Origin: a virus
Virus genome (UHGV): UHGV-0121437
Length of the DNA stretch: 13,778 nucleotides
Strand: one strand, 5' to 3'
The number at the start of each line of letters is the position of its first letter. Position 1 is the stretch's first letter. The notes beneath the pieces were generated by a model. It saw only the letters and a program-made list of their open reading frames with translations, was not told the origin of the DNA and ran no database searches. This document shows positions 7,691 through 13,778 of the stretch, in pieces. The position numbers and the translations under genes are program-made.

Positions 7691-7816
7691 TATTAAGAAG
7701 ATAATGTCATTAAGCGAAATTTAACTATAATTTAAAACATTACAATTATTATTTTTTAAACTTTACTATTACCCAATCCATCAATAAGACCTGTATTTAT
7801 TCGTAATTTAATAGCC

Positions 7817-10072
7817 TTACCACTCATCAATCACTGGATATTTGAATTTTTTATTATCATAAATCACCATCGCCCCACGCGCCAGCGCCTCAAGCTCCCA
7901 TCGCTGAGGCCTGATACCGTTCTGAGCAAGGTCAACGCGGATACGGGTAATTTGCAATCGTTCCGGCCGGGTCAGCCTGGCCGATGGTGCAATTTCATGT
8001 GGTTTTAACGGGCTTCCGTTTCTTTGCTGACGATTTGGTGTTCTCAGGCCGTGTTTTAATGCGCCCCTGAGCACCCTCACGACCTCCGGGTCATTCCATT
8101 CGATAACACCGTCATCAACCAGATTAAGCACTGCTGCGGCGTGTTCAGAAGGTGTGGGAGCCGGTAACGAAGTATCACCACCGGTGAGCTTTCCACAGTT
8201 ATTGACAGGACTCCGAGGCGCGGCGATGCCGCTTTTTAAAGTCAAAGGCTCAACGACCGGCACTTTCGGAACAATGCGCCAGTCCGTCGTTCTGGTGATA
8301 TGAATATGACGCGCGCCGAGATGCGGCGCGTAAATGCCGACCACTCTCCCGACTTCTTCCTCGTACTCGTTAACGTCATCCGACGGACTACGGGCAACCC
8401 TGACAGTCTGACAATCGCGCGGAACATTTGCCCCACCCTGCGCGCTGATATACAACGCAAAATCACCACTGTCTGCGGCAGCGCGTGCAGCCTCGACGCG
8501 TTCGTCAAACTCATCAGCAATGCTGACGCCGCGAGGCAATTTGCGTAGTTCACGGTAAGCCCCCATTGTCGGCAGGCCAACCGTTTTAAATTGCGGAATG
8601 CGCCACGTTGACGCCCATGCGGTAACAGCCGCGGCAGTGTCTTTCAGCGGCCTGCCGGTATCGTTATCGAGCTGACCATCCAGTGCATAGCCATCGATGT
8701 TTTTTGAGATGTATTTCGCGATATATCCCGCAGCACCGCCCCGGTTAAGGTGTTTTGCCTGAAAACGGTTTCGCGCGGCTCCTCTTTCGTCACCATCCTC
8801 TTTGAGCGCATAGCGACGCATGATTTCGATAATCTGGTTACGCTGGCGTGGATTACAAAAAAGCATCATATGCCAGTGCGGCGTTCCGTCGTGGTGTGGC
8901 TCGACGACTCGCAAACCGTAGACCTGTAAATCATTATCCTTGAATGCCGTGCGCATCAGGCTCCAGATGCGGCAGAGATAACGCTGCGCATCCTTTGGAT
9001 TAAATGCCTCATCATTCCAGCCGTGATTTAGCTGGACGGTTTTACTTTCGCCTTTTCCGACCTGACGTGTCGGGTGATACTTTGACGGCGCGGTCAGAGT
9101 GATAAACATCCCCACATCACCCTCTGCGGCGGCGTAACGCTCAATACCGGCGATGGTGTTCATCAGCTCCATCCGGCGAATTTCAGGATTAGAAATACTG
9201 CCCATCACCTTACTGATAAGGTCGATGCGCTCGCCGGTTTCCCTGTTTTCGAGGTCACACGATTTAAGAAATTCCAGATTTGCCTGGCGGCGTGCACGCA
9301 CATCACGAATGGCATGTTTACTGGCATAAGGAGAACGGTCTTTATTGACCTCCCCGACAGCAATCAGTAACGCCTCATGCCAGCGCATACGCTGGCCTTT
9401 AAGCTGATGAGTCCACCATTCATCGTTAAACAGACGGGCAATGGCAGAATATGCCTGCCTCGTGGTCATCTGTCCTTTACGGTATTTTTTCCAGTAGAGA
9501 GGGGAAATATTGAAAGCACGTGCAGCGCCAGCAACATGACCATACAGATGCGCCTGCGCCTCATCTGTAAACAGCGATTCTTTCTCGCCATGTGCATCAA
9601 CCCATGCATCGCAGAGTTCCTCATACATCATGAAAAGCTGCGATGAGATACGGGCGGCAAACTTTTTCAGCTCCTTGTCATTCATTCCAGGCAGGCGCGC
9701 ATAGTGGTCACGCTCTGCCAGAAACAGCAACGACGCGTCGGTGTTCATTTCATGGCGCTGATTCACGCGCTCAATACGCGGCCATAAACGGCGCTGAAAA
9801 GTGGATGTGAGGAAATAAAACCCGTGCACCGGGCTTTTATTGCGCCGGATGTAGTCATAGCGTGAAGTAAACAGCGAGCGCAAAAAGTAAGGCAGGCGAT
9901 TAATCGTGGATAAAACACCTTGCACCTGACGCATCTCGTCACGTGTAAGGGGTCTTTCGCGCCCGACGGCCTCGCGTGGCGCGTTCCATGCATAAGCACC
10001 GGTAAACGTCTCACCGGTGCCTGCGGCAAATGCTGACGGAGGGACAAAACGCCCGGAGGCTTTAACGGCCAT
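7817..10072 (-). CDS. A: Replication initiation protein gpA (rolling-circle nicking endonuclease)
   Basis: The long ORF matches P2 A from MAVKASGRFVPPSAFAAGTGETFTGAYAWNAPREAV. The start is placed at the ATG at 10070-10072; the ORF-track start at 10114 adds 14 codons with no ribosome-binding site. Confidence 0.9.
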   Translation of the reverse strand: MAVKASGRFVPPSAFAAGTGETFTGAYAWNAPREAVGRERPLTRDEMRQVQGVLSTINRLPYFLRSLFTSRYDYIRRNKSPVHGFYFLTSTFQRRLWPRIERVNQRHEMNTDASLLFLAERDHYARLPGMNDKELKKFAARISSQLFMMYEELCDAWVDAHGEKESLFTDEAQAHLYGHVAGAARAFNISPLYWKKYRKGQMTTRQAYSAIARLFNDEWWTHQLKGQRMRWHEALLIAVGEVNKDRSPYASKHAIRDVRARRQANLEFLKSCDLENRETGERIDLISKVMGSISNPEIRRMELMNTIAGIERYAAAEGDVGMFITLTAPSKYHPTRQVGKGESKTVQLNHGWNDEAFNPKDAQRYLCRIWSLMRTAFKDNDLQVYGLRVVEPHHDGTPHWHMMLFCNPRQRNQIIEIMRRYALKEDGDERGAARNRFQAKHLNRGGAAGYIAKYISKNIDGYALDGQLDNDTGRPLKDTAAAVTAWASTWRIPQFKTVGLPTMGAYRELRKLPRGVSIADEFDERVEAARAAADSGDFALYISAQGGANVPRDCQTVRVARSPSDDVNEYEEEVGRVVGIYAPHLGARHIHITRTTDWRIVPKVPVVEPLTLKSGIAAPRSPVNNCGKLTGGDTSLPAPTPSEHAAAVLNLVDDGVIEWNDPEVVRVLRGALKHGLRTPNRQQRNGSPLKPHEIAPSARLTRPERLQITRIRVDLAQNGIRPQRWELEALARGAMVIYDNKKFKYPVIDEW

Positions 10073-10337
10073 ATGAGCCAAAAGCCTCTGAACAACGCTT
10101 GCTGAGTTGCTCAACCTGCGCGTTTAAATCAGCAAAAGACTTTGCGCTTCCGGTCAGAATATCGTGATGCATCAGGCCGGAAACGAGCTGGCTTAATTTC
10201 GGGTAATAACCAGCCACCGCCAGCCATTCCTGACCGGCGTTTTTACCGCTTTCCGCTCTCTTTTTCTCGTGGAGAATAAACTGAAAGCTGTCACTGGTAA
10301 CGACATAACGTTCGCCAATTTCAATACGAATACTCAT
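10062..10337 (-). CDS. Small early-operon protein immediately upstream of A (P2 orf83 position)
   Basis: 91-aa ORF MSIRIEIGERYVVTSDSFQFILHEKKR...; its start overlaps the preceding stop (ATGA) and its end overlaps the A start. Confidence 0.6.
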   Translation of the reverse strand: MSIRIEIGERYVVTSDSFQFILHEKKRAESGKNAGQEWLAVAGYYPKLSQLVSGLMHHDILTGSAKSFADLNAQVEQLSKRCSEAFGSYGR

Positions 10338-10558
10338 GACGTTCTCCGGTAATGTTTGTTTTTTGCTTCAAAGACTGACTGGCAGGAAACACAACGCGTG
10401 GCTGACGGATAAGCCGCACGACGGGCAGCAGGTATTGGCGCGTCACACTCTTCGCAAACCAGCGCAGAAACACCGCAATGCTTTACCCTTGCCGCGTTAA
10501 TCTGGCGCTCCAGTAATTCAGCCTGTTGTTCCTGAATAAAATCTACGTTGTCCGGCAT
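10334..10558 (-). CDS. TraR/DksA-family C4 zinc-finger protein (P2 orf82 position)
   Basis: 74-aa ORF with four Cys arranged C-x(6)-C-x2-C ... C-x2-C (HCGVSALVCEEC ... RCVSCQ), typical of TraR/DksA-like zinc fingers. Confidence 0.65.
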   Translation of the reverse strand: MPDNVDFIQEQQAELLERQINAARVKHCGVSALVCEECDAPIPAARRAAYPSATRCVSCQSVFEAKNKHYRRTS

Positions 10559-10863
10559 TACCAGCTCCTTTTGTCGTTAAGTTTTTTAAATTCATCAGCG
10601 CAATAGCTGGCAATTTCTGTCGTTAATTTCGTCAGTTCATCCACGGAGGAGATTTGCTTGTGAAATACAGCGCGTTTAACAAGTAAATTGACCACATCAG
10701 ACAGGAGATTTAATTCGTTCTGATAAATCGCGATAACAGACTCAGTTATTTCGCGTTTTTCTTTATCAAGACCAAGTTGAATAAGAGATAAATCGCCATT
10801 TTTCATAACGGCGATTTTTAAGGCGTTATTCAGTAATACAACTGAACGAGAACAGGACATCAA
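10558..10863 (-). CDS. Early-operon hypothetical protein (P2 orf81 position)
   Basis: 101-aa [34 protein letters not shown]...; overlapping stop/start with both neighbours; visibly more AT-rich than neighbouring genes. Confidence 0.55.
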   Translation of the reverse strand: MMSCSRSVVLLNNALKIAVMKNGDLSLIQLGLDKEKREITESVIAIYQNELNLLSDVVNLLVKRAVFHKQISSVDELTKLTTEIASYCADEFKKLNDKRSW

Positions 10864-11084
10864 AGCACCTCCCCGCGAGACAATCCGATATTGTGAAATT
10901 TTTCCGACTCCTGACTGAGCAGCTCGACTATCTCCACGCGGGATAACTCCGCCTTTGTGATGTGGCGAATCATGGCGTCAAGATGAGAAGAAAAGCGCGT
11001 CGCTGCGTCGGCCTGTGCTTCGGTTCTGGCCTGTTGCAGCAGTAATGCGTATTTACCGCACTGATTTTCAGAAACTGTATGCAT
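10860..11084 (-). CDS. Early-operon hypothetical protein (P2 orf80 position)
   Basis: Product starts [24 protein letters not shown]; the ATG at 11082-11084 is preceded by GGAGAAAG. The ORF-track start at 11117 is an extension. Confidence 0.6.
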   Translation of the reverse strand: MHTVSENQCGKYALLLQQARTEAQADAATRFSSHLDAMIRHITKAELSRVEIVELLSQESEKFHNIGLSRGEVL

Positions 11085-11147
11085 GACTTTCTCCAGGCAA
11101 AAAGAAGCCCCGCACAATTAAGTGCGTTAAAAACTCTGGTTAATTAC

Positions 11148-11648
11148 TTAATGCAGATATTGCTCTGGTTTTACCGACGTCAGAATTGTCGGTGCATACT
11201 CAAACAGGCTGAATAATTCACGTAATGCACGGAATAAAGCATCACGCCAGTAACATGATTCTTCATTAATTCGCCAGTATGGCTGGTTGAATTCTTTTTC
11301 AGTCAATCCGGCATGCATAAATAAAGTACGACGCTGACTGACTGTTAAAAAACTAATATATGCATACTCACTTGCGCCAACCTGACGGCGTTTTGAGAAT
11401 GCCCCACGCAATTCATCAATTGCACATACCAGTCGTTCACGTTCGACATCATTCATTTCTTCAAAACGCATCGTTGCGTGACGCTGTTTTAACTGCGCAT
11501 GGAAGCAAACCGTTAGCCGTTCGCGTTCCATCATCTGATTATAATAATCGCATGTCTCCTGCCAGCGAGGGACGGCAAGATGCTTACCAATTATCCGGCG
11601 CATAGCTGCTGGCTGTTTTTCAACGAGATTAAGCGTCATCACTGTCAT
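11148..11648 (-). CDS. B: Replication protein gpB
   Basis: 166-aa ORF MTVMTLNLVEKQPAAMRRIIGKHLAVPRWQETCDYYNQ..., matching P2 B in length and sequence as recalled. Confidence 0.85.
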   Translation of the reverse strand: MTVMTLNLVEKQPAAMRRIIGKHLAVPRWQETCDYYNQMMERERLTVCFHAQLKQRHATMRFEEMNDVERERLVCAIDELRGAFSKRRQVGASEYAYISFLTVSQRRTLFMHAGLTEKEFNQPYWRINEESCYWRDALFRALRELFSLFEYAPTILTSVKPEQYLH

Positions 11649-11815
11649 TTCCAGACCCTCCGGCTTTTCAGAAAGGTCAGAGCCTTTTTTAACGGACTCT
11701 GTTTTTTGGTGCGGATAATGATTCCCTTACGCCCCTTACCGTGGGTGATGGTGAAGTCAATCGCCCTAGGGCTTTCGTTACGCAGTAACTGAGCAATACA
11801 ACGAGGCTCATTCAT
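11645..11815 (-). CDS. Small basic protein (P2 orf78 position)
   Basis: 56-aa product MNEPRCIAQLLRNESPRAIDFTITHGKGRKGIIIRTKK... with AAGGAG immediately upstream of the ATG at 11813-11815. The ORF-track start at 11839 would overlap cox. Confidence 0.6.
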   Translation of the reverse strand: MNEPRCIAQLLRNESPRAIDFTITHGKGRKGIIIRTKKQSPLKKALTFLKSRRVWK

Positions 11816-11825
11816 ACGGTTCTCC

Positions 11826-12101
11826 TTAACGTGGTTCACCGAGACCTAACCACATCAACCAGCCGTCACGAATCTCTTTAGGGCGGCTTTCATAAGCCAG
11901 TTTTAGTCCGTTATTCCATGCCGGAAGGTATACCCAATATTCACCTGCACGACCTGAAGCTGATTGTGGATCGGTCATATCAATTACAGGCAGCTTTCCT
12001 TTATCAATCATCCGACGAACCGCTCCTGTCGATTTTCCTATTAGTTTTGCGAACTCCTGATAAGGAATCGCATCAGTCATGAGTGTTACTTGCTTGCTCA
12101 T
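11826..12101 (-). CDS. cox: Cox (excisionase and lytic-switch regulator)
   Basis: 91-aa ORF MSKQVTLMTDAIPYQEFAKLIGKSTGAVRRMIDKGKLPV..., matching P2 Cox; divergent from C. Confidence 0.9.
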   Translation of the reverse strand: MSKQVTLMTDAIPYQEFAKLIGKSTGAVRRMIDKGKLPVIDMTDPQSASGRAGEYWVYLPAWNNGLKLAYESRPKEIRDGWLMWLGLGEPR

Positions 12102-12138
12102 GTCGTCCTCTAGCCCTCATGAATTGCGTTTAATGTCT

Positions 12139-12212
12139 TATAATGCCTTTTAGTGCCCACATCCAAGCACTAAACAATCTACATCTAAACTAAATACTAT
12201 TGAGATCTAAAC
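12139..12212. promoter_or_regulatory. Immunity switch region: Pc-like -10 and candidate C-repressor operator repeats over the lytic promoter
   Basis: Perfect TATAAT at 12139-12144 on the plus strand, oriented toward C. Two identical 8-bp direct repeats atctaaac at 12183-12190 and 12205-12212 (22 bp centre to centre). An 8-bp inverted repeat tttagtgc/gcactaaa at 12149-12156 and 12167-12174. P2 C is known to bind two direct repeats flanking the Pe -10. Confidence 0.5.
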
Positions 12213-12215
12213 ACC

Positions 12216-12515
12216 ATGTCAAACACGATAAGCGAGAAGATAGTCTTAATGCGAAAATCAGAGTATTTGAGCAGACAACAACTTGCTGATTTAACAGGGG
12301 TTCCGTATGGCACGCTGAGTTACTATGAAAGTGGTCGTTCAACACCTCCAACAGATGTCATGATGAACATCCTGCAGACCCCACAATTCACCAAATACAC
12401 TTTATGGTTCATGACCAATCAGATCGCTCCTGAGTCCGGGCAAATTGCGCCCGCTCTCGCACACTTTGGGCAAAACGAAACAACGTCGCCCCACTCCGGT
12501 CAAAAGACTGGTTAA
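12216..12515 (+). CDS. C: Immunity repressor C
   Basis: 99-aa ORF MSNTISEKIVLMRKSEYLSRQQLADLTGVPYGTLSYYESGRSTPP... with a helix-turn-helix region, matching P2 C. Confidence 0.9.
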   Translation: MSNTISEKIVLMRKSEYLSRQQLADLTGVPYGTLSYYESGRSTPPTDVMMNILQTPQFTKYTLWFMTNQIAPESGQIAPALAHFGQNETTSPHSGQKTG

Positions 12516-12630
12516 CAATTCATCGTGAATATATTCATCACAAGTGCCTACTATTGGTGGCTAAATTTCAGCCACCACGAAAAAAGCGATTAGTAGTCAC
12601 AAAAAAACACACCACTCGGAGGGTTTTCTG

Positions 12631-13644
12631 ATGGCAATCAAAAAACTCGATGATGGTCGATATGAAGTGGACATCCGCCCTACTGGACGTAATGGAAAAC
12701 GCATCCGTAGGAAGTTTGATAAGAAAAGCGAAGCTGTCGCTTTCGAGAAATACACGTTGTACAACCACCACAATAAAGAATGGCTATCAAAACCAACAGA
12801 CAAGCGACGTCTGTCGGAGCTGACACAGATCTGGTGGGATTTAAAGGGTAAACACGAAGAGCATGGGAAATCTAATCTTGGAAAAATTGAAATCTTCACA
12901 AAAATAACGAATGACCCATGCGCATTTCAAATTACGAAATCGCTTATCAGCCAGTACTGCGCCACCCGAAGAAGTCAGGGTATTAAACCTTCGAGTATCA
13001 ATCGTGATTTAACATGTATTAGCGGCATGTTTACAGCCCTGATTGAAGCGGAGTTATTCTTTGGTGAGCACCCTATCAGAGGGACAAAAAGGCTTAAGGA
13101 GGAAAAACCAGACACAGGCTATCTCACGCAGGAAGAAATTGCCTTACTGCTTGCAGCACTTGACGGCGACAACAAAAAGATTGCGATTCTTTGCCTGAGT
13201 ACAGGAGCACGTTGGGGAGAAGCAGCTCGTTTGAAAGCAGAAAATATCATCCATAACCGCGTCACGTTTGTTAAAACGAAAACAAACAAACCACGCACCG
13301 TCCCGATCTCAGAGGCTGTTGCCAAAATGATCGCGGATAACAAACGAGGTTTTTTATTCCCTGATGCTGATTACCCTCGCTTCAGACGAACAATGAAAGC
13401 AATAAAACCGGATTTGCCAATGGGGCAAGCCACACATGCACTAAGGCACAGCTTTGCCACTCATTTCATGATTAATGGAGGAAGTATTATCACGCTACAA
13501 CGGATACTAGGTCACACGCGGATTGAGCAAACTATGGTTTACGCTCATTTTGCGCCAGAGTACCTTCAGGACGCCATTTCTCTTAATCCGCTAAGAGGTG
13601 GTACTGAGGCCGAGAGTGTCCACATAGTGTCCACAGTAGAGTAA
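12631..13644 (+). CDS. int: Tyrosine integrase
   Basis: 337-aa ORF MAIKKLDDGRYEVDIRPTGRNGKRIRRKFDKKSEAVAFEKY... with the C-terminal tyrosine-recombinase region (HALRHSFATHFMINGGSIITLQRILGHTRIEQTMVYAHF); GGAGGG ribosome-binding site upstream. Confidence 0.9.
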   Translation: MAIKKLDDGRYEVDIRPTGRNGKRIRRKFDKKSEAVAFEKYTLYNHHNKEWLSKPTDKRRLSELTQIWWDLKGKHEEHGKSNLGKIEIFTKITNDPCAFQITKSLISQYCATRRSQGIKPSSINRDLTCISGMFTALIEAELFFGEHPIRGTKRLKEEKPDTGYLTQEEIALLLAALDGDNKKIAILCLSTGARWGEAARLKAENIIHNRVTFVKTKTNKPRTVPISEAVAKMIADNKRGFLFPDADYPRFRRTMKAIKPDLPMGQATHALRHSFATHFMINGGSIITLQRILGHTRIEQTMVYAHFAPEYLQDAISLNPLRGGTEAESVHIVSTVE

Positions 13645-13723
13645 CGTTTAAGGGCTTTCAGTGGTAATTTATGCCGCTCAAACCCGCATTGTACCGTTGA
13701 AAGCCCCTACTGGTGACACCCTA

Positions 13724-13750
13724 AATCTCCCTTACACGGGCTTATTTTTT
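13724..13750. other. 27-bp att core (P2 attP/attL-type)
   Basis: aatctcccttacacgggcttatttttt is the reverse complement of AAAAAATAAGCCCGTGTAAGGGAGATT, the P2 att core as I recall it; 80 bp beyond the int stop. Confidence 0.7.
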
Positions 13751-13778
13751 TATGCATAAGCCCTATCTCTGGTAACCG

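Larger units (their letters stand above)
1..13750. mobile_element. P2-like prophage segment (head/lysis module, cos, accessory hotspot, replication/early operon, immunity switch, integrase, att core); probably defective because terminase gene P is absent
   Basis: Gene content and order K-Y-X-L-M-N-O / Q / cos / A-orf83-82-81-80-B-orf78-cox / C / int / att core match the integrated P2 map as I recall it. Several translated ORFs are near-identical to remembered P2 proteins. Confidence 0.85.

Noticed and set aside
8242-9646. ORFs inside A (8242..8580 -, 8300..8548 +, 9377..9646 +, 9763..10095 -)
   Set aside because: Embedded in the A coding region in alternative frames; no independent support.
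10073-10114. N-terminal extension of A to the ATG at 10114 (MSNSASVVQRLLAH-)
   Set aside because: The P2 A N-terminus begins MAVKASG at 10072; the upstream extension would overlap the preceding gene extensively and lacks a ribosome-binding site.
10558-10863. AT-rich orf81-position gene as a second independently acquired moron
   Set aside because: It is translationally coupled on both sides within the conserved early operon, and its sequence looks like the conserved P2-type protein at this position as far as I recall; the lower GC is probably intrinsic.
12555-12577. Hairpin tggtggct-N7-agccacca between C and int as a terminator
   Set aside because: Not followed by a T-tract on either strand, and C and int are expected to be co-transcribed; possibly structural or regulatory, but not callable.
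1-13778. CRISPR arrays, tRNA or rRNA genes, insertion-sequence inverted repeats
   Set aside because: No regularly spaced direct repeats, no tRNA-like cloverleaf candidates seen near the att core, and no transposase-like ORFs; the only mobile feature supported is the prophage itself.

Overview
This window reads as the cos-proximal part of a P2-like (Peduovirus-type) enterobacterial prophage. From left to right: lysis and head genes K, Y, X, L, M, N and a 5'-truncated O on the minus strand; a 5'-truncated portal gene Q on the plus strand, with the large terminase gene P and the divergent late-promoter region missing; the Q terminator and the 19-nt cos site; a strongly AT-rich two-gene cassette (a DprA/Smf-like protein plus a HAD-like/phosphoribosyltransferase fusion protein) in the cos-to-A interval where P2 itself carries old and tin; then A, orf83/82/81/80, B, orf78 and cox on the minus strand; the cox/C switch; C repressor and integrase on the plus strand; and the 27-bp att core. 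The stand-out candidate is the DprA-like + PRTase cassette, which looks like a horizontally acquired anti-phage defence module in a known defence hotspot. I recall DprA-plus-PRTase pairs being listed among hotspot-derived defence candidates but cannot verify that, or whether this variant is characterised. All protein identifications come from reading the supplied translations against remembered P2 proteins and motifs; no database search or GC computation was run.
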